Shown piece by piece: positions 10,681-22,206 of a stretch of 40,698 bases of DNA. The stretch comes from Octopus bimaculoides (lineage: Eukaryota): contig NC_068983.1 in assembly GCF_001194135.2 (NCBI RefSeq), positions 47,917,119 through 47,957,816 on the forward strand, in the 5' to 3' direction. Made by a program: the position numbers and the translations under genes. Under the pieces are notes generated by a model, which saw nothing but the letters and a program-made list of their open reading frames with translations, was not told where the DNA came from and ran no database searches. Position 1 is the first letter of the stretch. Each line of letters opens with the position of its first letter.

Positions 10681-12127
10681 ATCTAATACATCTTGTAATC
10701 AATAACACTGAAATAGTAACACAACCAGACAAAACTCCGATATAATCGGTATCAACAAAATATTCACCTCATTCTCCTCCCCTTACTCATCCTTCTCATC
10801 ATGATCATGGTCATCATTCATCAAGAACAACAGCAGTAACAATAACAGCAATATTAGTGGAATCTGAAAATATAAGAGGAAGTCTAGCTATATTTTTAGC
10901 CAGTGAGAAACATTTAAATAACAGAAGCAACTTTACAGAAATATTAACAAGTACAACATTAGCAATAACACATTCACCCACCATACCCACGCCGCCACCC
11001 CCACACCAACACAACCACTAACTACAACAACAACAACAAAAGCAACTAGAGCAGTTTGGTTACTTTTGGTTTATAGTTATTGTTTATTAGTTTACTTATG
11101 TTGGTGCTGATCATGATTATTGCCAATGCACATACATAAATAAATACACACATACATACATATATATACATACGTATATATATATATATATNNNNNNNNN
11201 NNNNNNNNNNNNNNNNNNNNNNNNNNNNNNNNNNNNNNNNNNNNNNNNNNNNNNNNNNNNNNNNNNNNNNNNNNNNNNNNNNNNNNNNNNNNNNNNNNNN
11301 NNNNNNNNNNNNNNNNNNNNNNNNNNNNNNNNNNNNNNNNNNNNNNNNNNNNNNNNNNNNNNNNNNNNNNNNNNNNNNNNNNNNNNNNNNNNNNNNNNNN
11401 NNNNNNNNNNNNNNNNNNNNNNNNNNNNNNNNNNNNNNNNNNNNNNNNNNNNNNNNNNNNNNNNNNNNNNNNNNNNNNNNNNNNNNNNNNNNNNNNNNNN
11501 NNNNNNNNNNNNNNNNNNNNNNNNNNNNNNNNNNNNNNNNNNNNNNNNNNNNNNNNNNNNNNNNNNNNNNNNNNNNNNNNNNNNNNNNNNNNNNNNNNNN
11601 NNNNNNNNNNNNNNNNNNNNNNNNNNNNNNNNNNNNNNNNNNNNNNNNNNNNNNNNNNNNNNNNNNNNNNNNNNNNNNNNNNNNNNNNNNNNNNNNNNNN
11701 NNNNNNNNNNNNNNNNNNNNNNNNNNNNNNNNNNNNNNNNNNNNNNNNNNNNNNNNNNNNNNNNNNNNNNNNNNNNNNNNNNNNNNNNNNNNNNNNNNNN
11801 NNNNNNNNNNNNNNNNNNNNNNNNNNNNNNNNNNNNNNNNNNNNNNNNNNNNNNNNNNNNNNNNNNNNNNNNNNNNNNNNNNNNNNNNNNNNNNNNNNNN
11901 NNNNNNNNNNNNNNNNNNNNNNNNNNNNNNNNNNNNNNNNNNNNNNNNNNNNNNNNNNNNNNNNNNNNNNNNNNNNNNNNNNNNNNNNNNNNNNNNNNNN
12001 NNNNNNNNNNNNNNNNNNNNNNNNNNNNNNNNNNNNNNNNNNNNNNNNNNNNNNNNNNNNNNNNNNNNNNNNNNNNNNNNNNNNNNNNNNNNNNNNNNNN
12101 NNNNNNNNNNNNNNNNNNNNNNNNNNN

Positions 12128-12163
<36 letters not shown>

Positions 12164-12365
12164 CGTGTTAAGGTCATCTCTAGACATTTTCTACAGAAAT
12201 TACAGCCTGTACTGATTTTAAGACTTTTGTATCCGTGATGTCAGATGTAAAAACACAATGAGATCGCAGATGAAAACATGGGTGATCGGCGTATATATCA
12301 TAGTTCGGGAGTTTTTGCTTCTTCATTGGCACCCATATATATAATGCGTGTCTGTGTGTCTGTGT

Positions 12366-12685
12366 GTGTGTGGTTAGACTGATGAGCTCACGATTGTGAG
12401 GTTGTGAGTTCGGTTCCCGGACCGAGCTGTGTTTTGTGTTCTTGACCAAGATACTTTATTTCACGTTGCTCCAGTTCACTCAGCTGTAGAAATGAGTTGC
12501 GATGTCATTGATGCCAAGCTGTATCGGCCCCTTGCCTTTCCTTTGGATAACATCGGTGGCTTGGAGAGGGGAGGCTGGTAGGCATGAACAACCGTTGATA
12601 TTCCATAAACAACCTTGCTCGGACTTGTGCTTGGGAGAGGAACTTTCTTGGCACAATCCCATGGTCATTCGTGACCGAAGTCGGA
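12366..12685 (+). mobile_element. tRNA-derived SINE, family E head and CORE-like domain, with a distinct tail
   Basis: gtggttag...gtgagttcggttccc (B box), then ttgaccaagatactttatttcacgttgctccagttcactcagctg, which is shared with 36290-36440 and 36968-37110. Confidence 0.75.
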
Positions 12686-13740
12686 ATTCCCCATATATGC
12701 ATAAAAGTATAAATACATACACGAGGTAGTCAAGTCGTTGAATGTGTCAGATTCCTTATTAAATTTGTTCCAACGTTTAGCTCAAACCTCACCTCGGTGA
12801 ATCTTCTTGTTTCGCTGACTGGCACACACTCAGACACATGTATCTAATATGCAGAAATTACAAATAGTTATTATGCATGAAATAAACAGGTTAACAAATT
12901 ATTTCTACTCTATAATATCCTGGTTGCTAAGGAAGAATATGTTTATGTTTTTATCCTAACTTGACTGACTCTTCGTCATGCTTAAATTTATTATAGTTCT
13001 GCGGATTTACACCACGCCGAGCATGATGCCTGTGTACATTGTACATATATATATATACATATGTATGTAAGTATATATATATATATATATATATAAAGTA
13101 ATATATATATATATATAAAGGAATATNNNNNNNNNNNNNNNNNNNNNNNNNNNNNNNNNNNNNNNNNNNNNNNNNNNNNNNNNNNNNNNNNNNNNNNNNN
13201 NNNNNNNNNNNNNNNNNNNNNNNNNNNNNNNNNNNNNNNNNNNNNNNNNNNNNNNNNNNNNNNNNNNNNNNNNNNNNNNNNNNNNNNNNNNNNNNNNNNN
13301 NNNNNNNNNNNNNNNNNNNNNNNNNNNNNNNNNNNNNNNNNNNNNNNNNNNNNNNNNNNNNNNNNNNNNNNNNNNNNNNNNNNNNNNNNNNNNNNNNNNN
13401 NNNNNNNNNNNNNNNNNNNNNNNNNNNNNNNNNNNNNNNNNNNNNNNNNNNNNNNNNNNNNNNNNNNNNNNNNNNNNNNNNNNNNNNNNNNNNNNNNNNN
13501 NNNNNNNNNNNNNNNNNNNNNNNNNNNNNNNNNNNNNNNNNNNNNNNNNNNNNNNNNNNNNNNNNNNNNNNNNNNNNNNNNNNNNNNNNNNNNNNNNNNN
13601 NNNNNNNNNNNNNNNNNNNNNNNNNNNNNNNNNNNNNNNNNNNNNNNNNNNNNNNNNNNNNNNNNNNNNNNNNNNNNNNNNNNNNNNNNNNNNNNNNNNN
13701 NNNNNNNNNNNNNNNNNNNNNNNNNNNNNNNNNNNNNNGT

Positions 13741-13800
13741 GTGCTATCTCATGAATTTTCGGCGGACAACGGTGTCAAACAGGGAGATATTCCTGCCCCA
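13741..13800 (+). mobile_element. Tiny non-LTR RT fragment (RTE-like)
   Basis: Translates as VLSHEFSADNGVKQGDIPAP, containing the RT motif GVxQGD. It is truncated by a gap and a (CA)n tract. Confidence 0.65.
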
Positions 13801-13817
13801 AATACACACACACACAC

Positions 13818-13880
<63 letters not shown>

Positions 13881-13887
13881 AGCATAT

Positions 13888-14042
13888 ATACGACGAGTTT
13901 CCACCTAGTTTCCGTCTACCAAATTCACCCACAAATGTTGGTCGGCCCAAGGCTATTGTAGAAGACACTTCTCAAGGTGCCATGCCATTCAGTGGAAGTG
14001 AACAACTTGTGGTTGCAAAGCTATCTTCTAAACCACGCTGCT
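13888..14042 (-). mobile_element. SINE family A 5' half
   Basis: tacgacgagttt...gtttccgtctaccaaattc...ttggtcggcccaaggctattgtagaagacac...caaggtgcc. Confidence 0.8.
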
Positions 14043-14059
14043 GTGTCTTTATGCCTATT

Positions 14060-15311
14060 TATCAAGTCATTTGGAATGAAATGTCCGATTTTCTTATGCA
14101 CCAAGTTTGACAGCCATTTACTCTCAACTTTTATCCTGAAGATTCTTTGCTTTAGAACATTGACGAGTTACGTCATCACTTTTGGAAATGCAATTCATGG
14201 TATCTAATTATATTCTGAATTTTCTCTTGCAAATAAATTTTTGTAAACCCATGGACAAATAAAAGATCCATGTTGTTTATGAATATGAGTCCCGTCGTTG
14301 AACCAGTGCATCTCACACAGCTCGAAGCATCCATGAGGTGTTTCATGAAGATGTGGTGAATGAGCGCACTGTACGTTGACGGTTTGAGAAGTTCCGGTCT
14401 TGTATCTTCATTCCTGAAAATCAACCACGTGGTTGACCAAGGTGGATAGTGATGAGCTGGAAACTGTAGTGGAAGCGGATACATCTCAAATTATGCGTAA
14501 GTTAGCAGTAAGTTTTGATGTTTCGATTCCAACTGTATTGGACCATCTGAAACAAATCGACAAGGTAAAGACGTCAGACAAGTAGGTACCACAGGAACTG
14601 AACGAGCAACAGATGACACGTAATCTTGAAACGTGCTGTTCTTTGATGTCACAGCATAAAAGCCGAACGACCTTTGCATCGTATTCTTACATGTGATGTA
14701 AAATGGATTCTTTTCAACAATAGCAAGCTTTCTGCACGGTAGTTGGATAGCGACAAAGTGCCGAAACACAATCCAAAAAAGAATATTCACCCCAAAAAGC
14801 TAATGGTGTCTGTTTGGTGGTCCAGCGCTGGTATCATTCACTACAACTTCATGAGAACTGGTGAGTCAATTACAGCGGATGTATACAACAACCAACTGGA
14901 TGAAATGATGAGTGAATTTGCAATCAAACAATCCAAATTGGTCTATAGAGACAGGCCAATCCTCTTGTAAGACAATGCTCCACCACACGTAGCACAAAGA
15001 ACGGTACTCAATTTGGAAGTAGTCTGTCATCCACCATATTAAGCAGACCTTGCACCAATTGACTATCATGTTTTCCAGGCATTAGATAACTTTATGCAAG
15101 GAAAAAAAACTTCATATCTGAAGAAGTGGCAAAAACAACCTTTCGTAATTTAATCAATTCTTGCTCTCCAGAATTCTTCGCTGCCAGTCTAAATAAGCCA
15201 CCGATCAAATGGCAAAATTGTGTTGATAATTTAGGTGCCTACTTCGATTGAGATAAAGTAAAAAAAAACTTTCAGTTCAAAATCGGACATTTCATTCTTA
15301 ATGACCTAATA
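14060..15311 (+). mobile_element. Full-length fossil mariner transposon (cecropia/Hsmar1-like), about 1.25 kb
   Basis: TIRs: tatcaagtcatttggaatgaaatgtccgatttt (14060-14092) vs reverse complement of 15279-15311, 29/33 identical, with TA at both ends. A transposase pseudo-ORF lies inside. Confidence 0.93.
14251..15251 (+). pseudogene. Mariner DD34D-type transposase pseudogene
   Basis: Motifs: MDK*KI start; *VPQEL (WVPHEL); ILTCDVKW (D at 14695); KLMVSVWWS; LL*DNAPPH (D at 14971); HPPY*ADLAPIDY (D at 15061); ends GAYFD*. There are multiple stops and frameshifts, and D2-D3 spacing is 29 aa (a 15-bp deletion from 34). Confidence 0.93.
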
Positions 15312-15440
15312 TCTACTACGAAACGATGAAAGACGAAGGTGACTTCGTTAGAATTTGAACTAAGGGAATAATGAACCGGAACTAATACTGCAAAGCGTTT
15401 TCATCCAACGCAAGAGTGTTTCTGTCATTTTATCCGCTTA
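15312..15440 (-). mobile_element. Old SINE family B remnant into which the mariner appears to have inserted
   Basis: ta|tctactacgaaacgatgaaag...agaatttgaact resembles ta-tcgaccccgaaaggatgaaagg...cggaatttgaact. Confidence 0.5.
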
Positions 15441-15638
15441 TTCAATCAAATACCTCACAATGTAGAAGAGAATTGTGACGTATCATTTAAGCTATTCGGA
15501 CATTTGTTTCAGTCTTCACCTGACGTTACAAAGCAAATTCTGTTTGATATCTTTTACCGCATCCATTGATTTTCTTTTTTGGGTTTTGATTTAGTTCATA
15601 TATTTTATCTTGTCGAATTGCAATTCTAACTTGAAAAA

Positions 15639-16054
15639 ATGCCAGGTAGGTTAAGAAAATTCTTCGACCGCATGGCCTGCTTTTTTGAACCTTTGAAACG
15701 CTGTAAGCATGATATCAAACTTGATGATGAAGATGAAGGGATTGAGTCTGCTCATGTGTGTTGTATGATTCATGGACCTAAAATAGAAACGTATAACCCT
15801 AAGGTGATTTACTGTGCCCCACAAAATACTTTGTGTCTCCAAGGCAAACCAAATTCTATCTTTCATGACAAATATGACAGTTGTGAATCATTCGTACAAA
15901 GCATTCGTTGGTTAAACATAAAATCCTTCGAAGATTCAGACAATATTTCTGAGACAGATCTGTTTGAAATTATATCGCCAGACAAATGGAAGCCTGAAAA
16001 TGACATGCGTTTCCGTTACGGCCATCAAATTACGTTGATGGACCCAATAATGAG
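15639..16054 (+). CDS. Candidate exon 1 of an uncharacterised 151-aa protein
   Basis: 138 stop-free non-repetitive codons from aaaaATG to a phase-2 donor ag|gtaaag at 16054/16055. No family recognised. Confidence 0.55.
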
Positions 16055-16711
16055 GTAAAGTATAAAATAGCTATATATGAATTACAACCACAACAAACAC
16101 GCATGGACGTACAGCTTCTACACGGCACAACACTTCCACATTCAACAATACTACAACACTGCAACAGTTATGTACGTTGAAATAAGAAAGATCGGGGGAT
16201 ATAAACCGATTTGTTTAAGATGAAAATAATTTTGAGTAAATATAATGTAGACTAAAAGAAGCACAGCACGTAATACATGTTTGCAAGAATCATGGTTAAG
16301 AAGATGACTGATAGCATAGCATTAGATAAAAACATAGTAGATACGTCGAAATAAAACAAACAGCAGTTTATAACAAGTATATAATGTGATGGTGTGGATA
16401 GAAGAGATAATAGCTATGAAAACAATTTAGTAATGAGATAAAAAGATAGCAGAAAAAAATCATAGAAGTTTCTATGAGATAAAACTGCTAAAAGAAACTG
16501 TGATATCGAATGAAGCGTTTGAAGGGAAGATAACATACAATATCTATAAGAAATATGTAACAATCAACTGAAAAGAAGGTTGACACTTAACTCTTGTTAA
16601 ATATAACATGATATTCATTTAGATGTAATTTTTGTATAACATGAGAAATATGACAACATATTTCAAATATATTGCGGATTTTTGGTTAAACAAAACTATT
16701 TTCTATTTCAG

Positions 16712-16751
16712 TTTGATGAGATCCGTGCGTGAGATGTTGCGCAGACGATAA
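16712..16751 (+). CDS. Candidate exon 2 (terminal) of the 151-aa protein
   Basis: Strong acceptor attttctatttcag|. The phase is compatible (416+40=456 nt), giving ...DPIMSLMRSVREMLRRR-TAA. Confidence 0.45.
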
Positions 16752-16868
16752 TTACCGGCACATGGAAATAGAAATCGAGAAAGAATGATAAGAAAGAAAA
16801 AGACACTGATTTATTGGATATTGTTTTTTGATGTATTATTGTCTGGCATTATTAATGATTACACAAAA

Positions 16869-17465
16869 GCGGTGAGCTGGCAGAATCGTTAGCACGCCGG
16901 ACACAATGCTCAGCGGCATTTCGTCCGTTTTCACGCTCCGTGTTCAAATCCACCGAGGTCGACTTTGCTTTTCATCATTTCGGGTTCGATGTAATCGGCT
17001 TACTTCCTCCCGCGAAGTTGGTCGCCTTCTGCCAAAATTTGAAATTATTATTAGTGATTCGATAAAGGTGGCGAATTGGCAAAATCGTTAACACGCCGGG
17101 TAAAATGCTTAGCAGCATTTCGTCCGTCTTTACGTTCTGAGTTCAAATTCTGCCTTTCATACTTTCAGAGTTGATAAAAGAAGTACCAGTTGAGCACTGG
17201 AGTCGATGTAATCGGCTTACCCCTCCCCCGTAATTGCTGGCGTTGTGCCAAAATTTGAAATCATTATCAATGATTAAACAGAGGCGGCGAGCGGGCACAG
17301 TCGTTAGCACGCTAGGGAAAATGCTAAGCGGTATCTCGTCCTTGCTTGTGTTCAAATTCCACCGAGGTCGGCTTTGCCTTTCAACCAGTATCTGCTGAAC
17401 ACTGTGGTCGACATAATCTACTTATCCCTCCTTCGAAACTACTGGCTTTGAGCCAAATTTTAAAT
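16869..17465 (+). mobile_element. Three head-to-tail SINE family B copies (16869-17045, 17065-17261, 17282-17465)
   Basis: Each begins gcggtgagctggcag or a variant and ends gccaaaatttgaaa or a variant. Each carries different internal deletions. Confidence 0.88.
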
Positions 17466-17573
17466 CCACTATTAATGATTAGACATTAAGAGAATGAAGT
17501 CTGTAATATTCTGTAGGAATTACTGCATTACAGTAACAGCACACCGAATAAGCATCTCGCGTATCTACTAATG

Positions 17574-18248
17574 TATAGGATGGTCCTAAAGTCTTGTCAC
17601 CTCTACCGAAAAGTAATGAGAGCAATTTTATTTATTTATGCGCCCATTTTTAAAGCCTAGCCAGGCTCATGGTTTCCCGGTTTCTACAGCGTATGTGTTC
17701 CCCCTAGCTGGACGAGACGCCAGTCCATCGCAGCGTTACTCATGAAACGGGAAGAAAGAGTGAGAGAAAGTTGGGGCGAATGAGTACAACAGGCATCGCC
17801 ACCACTCCCTGCCAGAGCCCCGTGGAGCTTTAGGTGTTTTCGCTCAATAAACACACAATGCTCAGTCTGGGAATCGAAACGGCGATCCTCCGATCGCGAG
17901 TCCGCTGCCCTAACCATTGGGCCATTGCACCTCCACAATAGTGGAACAATATAATAATATCAAACTCATGTACTGGTTTTAGTATATTCACATTCATTGA
18001 CACTGACACTGTCACACATCGAGAAGGTCTGTATGAACTCCATCATTTTCGTGGCACAAAATGATGCGACGCCATGTCCTGTATAATATTTTACGAAGCT
18101 GTGCTTTGGTGATTGTTGCAAAGGCCACCGAAACAGAATCCTTCAGTTGTTGGGTATTCTGGTATCGCTCTTTTGAAACTCTCTCCTTGATGACAGAAAA
18201 TTAAAACAATATTTACAGGTGGTGACAAGACTTTCGGGCCACCTTGTA
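17574..18248 (-). mobile_element. Tc1/mariner internal-deletion derivative with a nested SINE
   Basis: TA-bounded TIRs tataggatggtcctaaagtcttgtcacc / tacaaggtggcccgaaagtcttgtcacc (23/28 identical). A minus-strand C-terminal transposase remnant lies at about 18012-18200 (FSVIKERVSKERYQNTQQLKDSV...RTWRRIILCHENDGVHTDLLDV*). Confidence 0.8.
17630..17937 (-). mobile_element. SINE with a family D head but a V-domain-like 3' part
   Basis: 17744-17937 aligns with 10133-10326. The downstream part is different: ctgcgatggactggcgtctcgtccag...gagcctggctaggctttaaaa. Confidence 0.85.
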
Positions 18249-20442
18249 CACTGATGGCATAAAACACTAATCCAACATTGCAATACTTAAGGGGTGGAGG
18301 ACTTAAGTAAGAAAGACATTGAGAAATAAAAATGTTCTATTGTATTTAAGTTAATAATTTTGTAAAGTATATTATAATTTAGATTAAAGCACCAAATGTG
18401 TTTAAAACGAAAGAAAGGATATAATACCTGGGGCATGATGGCAAGAAAACAAAGTAACTGTCATGAGATTAGGACAGAACCTAAAAGTAATATTGTAAAC
18501 GTTATAAAGGTCTGATGATAAGGTAAGAAACAACAGTGACAGGACACTAAAAATGAGATTTAAAAAAATATATATGTAAATCTGAAATGAAAGATGACAA
18601 GTTCTAGTATAGTACTGCAATATTAAAATAAGAACATAACAAACACATGATAGATGTATACTTGTTATACCCCAGTCATGTTAAATACAAGTATTTACAT
18701 TTATTTTTAATGGTGGAAAAAAAAGTAGACGAAGCATGAAAATATTGGATGAAAAAGTTCTGTCGCTTTAGGAGACATCTTAGGCTACGCTTCGAGTTTA
18801 GACATCCGTAGAAAATTATATTTCATGATAAATATCCTAATACCAATTCTCTTGTAGCAAAGTACTTTTTGGTTAAATTTTTTAAATGTTCTTCTTAAGA
18901 CTCAGACAATAGTTCTGAATTAAATCCGTTTCCCTCTCTAAACTACTGAGACAGAAAAACCAAGAAATGCTGATATGAAAGAAAAGTGACAATAAAGGTT
19001 GAATGTTTATCTTAAAGTTTGACATTAACATTGAATTGGACATGTAAGAGGGGAAGTATAAAATATGATGTAAGAAAATACCATAAAAAACCACATATCA
19101 ACAAACACCTTACAACTCTACAATAGCACAACTCACAAACGCACAACAGGGCTACAATATTAAAAAATTACATTGATGCTCAAACGAGAAAATAGGTTGA
19201 CAGAAGAACTGTGCATTTCAGTGCATTTAATAAATCAGTTAAACCAAAAGAGATGGTTGCCAGTGTTTACTTCGAGAAGAAAGGTGCGTAGAGGAACCAC
19301 CTGTTGACATTTTGGTGATTCTCATCGTCGTCTTCAGAAATCTAATAAAGCAATATAAGTGGTGGGCCGCGGAGATGGGCTTAAACAATTGGTAGAGCTG
19401 CGCGACAAAACTCGCGACAAGAAAACTCGTAGCTTCATGCTTAGCAGTGAGGAAATAAAGTCGAAGAACGCAAAATGTCAAGAAATAGGCATCTTTCATT
19501 TCCCATTGGTTCTCCTTTATCACGTTGATAAGCGAAGTGGTAACGTTGAATGTTCAGCAAATAAAGAATAAGCAAAGAGCCTCGACAAGATATGACGCAG
19601 TAGAACACTTGGTCTGATTTTTAGCGGTCTAATGAACGTTGTCTACTTCTAGAACATTTTTGTTTTGATTTCAGTGCTACACTGCTCAACAAAAAGCTAT
19701 ATCACTCGCCTCCTAGTGTGAGAATGCCAAATGTGTTTGAATTCCTATGGTGGAAAACTATAAATAGATCGATGTGATTAGGGTGATCTCACTACTGAGT
19801 ATACAAACATATATTTTTTAGTAATGTATCCTGTCGGCTGAAAAATGTCCTGCTAAAGAAAAATTACACCAACACCTTGTTGTTAAGAGAAAACCCCACT
19901 TCATCACCTCTGAAACTACCATCCCAACATTAAGTGAAATGTCAGTCATGAGCCTCAAGAAAGTCTTTGCCTGTAGTCCGAGGGACACGGTAACCATCCA
20001 AAAATCTGCGGAAATCATGTAGCATGAACGTTCAGTAGCTAGCATAACCTCATAACATCTTGACTGATGGTCACTACTGCTGACTGTATGACCAGTGGTA
20101 GTGGACATGTATTCGACATGTATTCAGTGCAGTAAAGAACACCTCAAGAAAGAAAAATGATCCATTTTCTCAATGATGGATAAAAACCTCGATTATTGCT
20201 ACAGATAAAAAACCATTACTACCTGAAACTTAAAGCGAAATTTGTAAAGTTGTTTGATTGCATCATCCAGCTAGTCATGATCACTTCAAATTCCAGCATC
20301 GAACTGATCATGAAGGAACTGACTCAGTTCCTGGACGAACACATAGATGAACTTCAAGATAGAATTCTACAAAATACCAGGAGGTAGTAAATCCGCATGA
20401 CAACTGAAGTGAGCTTCAAGAGGTTTTTGAGAGGTTCAATCT

Positions 20443-20505
20443 GCAAGTTTCAGGATGGGCTTGGAATCAATGGCAAGTTTCAGGATGGGCTTGGAATCAG
20501 TGGCA
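20443..20505. repeat. 30-bp tandem duplication (gcaagtttcaggatgggcttggaatca[a/g]tg x2)
   Basis: Direct reading; 29/30 identical. Confidence 0.95.
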
Positions 20506-21501
20506 CAGCAACGAAAAGATGAGTATACATGCCATCTTTGAAGTCACAAACCAAGCTACTATGTGAGTTGAGATAAAATAAGCAGACCACCTTACGGCTT
20601 GCTGCGCTACGATGCACGTTGTGACATTATCAACCCTGGCAGAGTCAAACGTTTGAAAGTGTCTGAGAAAGAAAAAACCAATATCGCCCTGTAATCTTAT
20701 GTTCCGCTCTAGTACTCTCAAAAGCTCTCTTGAAATCTTGAAAAACTTTAATTTCGACTTAGAGGAGAAGAATAACTAGCGTGTTTAAAAGAAGCAAGGT
20801 TTAAAAAATGACGAAGAATTGTTGTACCAATGAATATAGTAGAGTAGCTAGAATGTGACAAAACATTGTTTACAGTTATATAAAATATTAATATGTAGAT
20901 AACAAACAGTAGCTATAAATATAATGTAACAAAGAAATGAAAAGATAACAGTGTAAAGAACTACGAAGTATTTAAAGATAACAATTGTAATTATAAAATA
21001 CTGAGAGACAGAAGGCGACAGAAAAATTTGGAGAAAAACACGATTGTACTTTTTGAACAAATATTGTTAGTACACATTATTTCATGGGAAATATAACATT
21101 TGTATAATATCCGATAGTTGTTAATTATAACACTGGGTATTCTAATAACATCCAATCTCGAACGTTAGGTGTAAATGTAATTCTCTGTTCTTAAATACAA
21201 AGCGTAAAACTTATAATTCTAAACTCTTGTTAAATAGATTATATATATATATATNNNNNNNNNNNNNNNNNNNNNNNNNNNNNNNNNNNNNNNNNNNNNN
21301 NNNNNNNNNNNNNNNNNNNNNNNNNNNNNNNNNNNNNNNNNNNNNNNNNNNNNNNNNNNNNNNNNNNNNNNNNNNNNNNNNNNNNNNNNNNNNNNNNNNN
21401 NNNNNNNNNNNNNNNNNNNNNNNNNNNNNNNNNNNNNNNNNNNNNNNNNNNNNNNNNNNNNNNNNNNNNNNNNNNNNNNNNNNNNNNNNNNNNNNNNNNN
21501 N

Positions 21502-22195
21502 GGAAGAGGTTCAGTTTTGATTTGAAAACACTTGCAGCCACTTTGTGTAGGTCCTTCAGGCTCTTTATAAAAAGCTGTGGACCCCTGAACCCCAAGCAGT
21601 AACTGGTCCTGAAGCGCGATGGCATTGCTGGGATCATTGGCACTATGTAGTCTCGACCCGTTCTGGCATTGGTGTAGCTTTCAATGCCAACATTTGGCAC
21701 AATTCCTTCCAGGATCTTCCAGATGTATATTACTGAATACTTCTCCCGCCTTTGCTCCAGGGAGTAGATCCTTAGCTGTTTCAGCATTTCCCAGTAGCTG
21801 AGTTGTTGCAACAAGGCGATCTTCTTTGTGAATCTTCGCTGGATTGCTTCAAGGTCTGCTGTTAATGTTACACTGTTGGGTGACCATAACTGGGAGCAAT
21901 AATCCAAGCGGTTGAGGGCGAATGTCCTCCAAAGAACCATCATGGTTTCCTTTTCTCATGTTCTGAATGATTTCAGGATCCATCCAGCCAGTGGACAGCA
22001 TTTTGTCGCCAGGGCTTGGAATTTGTCTGCATTAAACTGCATATTATTGCCCTCAGCCCATCTGTAAATTGAATCCAACTGCTGCTGCAGGTGTGCAACA
22101 TCGCTGGGGTTCTACATTTTCTGCTAGACTTTCTTATCGTCTGCGTAGCTAGCAAGGGTGGCTATCCAGGAAGCTGAGGGCATATTCATATATGC
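21502..22195 (-). mobile_element. CR1-clade LINE ORF2 3' fragment (RT and C-terminal region), pseudogenised
   Basis: SYADD (YADD at 22136-22147)...LQQQLDSIYRWAEGNNMQFNADKFQAL, then RLDYCSQLWSP...LEAIQRRFTKKI...LSYWEML..L.IYSLEQRR. Confidence 0.9.
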
Positions 22196-22206
22196 ACATA
22201 TAGAGC

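Noticed and set aside
12377-12405. CTGATGA followed by hairpin ctcac-gatt-gtgag as a hammerhead
   Set aside because: There is no GAAA after the stem; it is the anticodon-arm region of a SINE head.
15470-15530. TGACGT (CRE-like) words upstream of the orphan ORF
   Set aside because: Short half-sites occur by chance, and the TSS is unknown.
16847-17485. CRISPR-like repeat-spacer array
   Set aside because: The intervening units are homologous SINE copies of about 190 bp, the repeats are degenerate, the genome is eukaryotic, and there are no cas genes.
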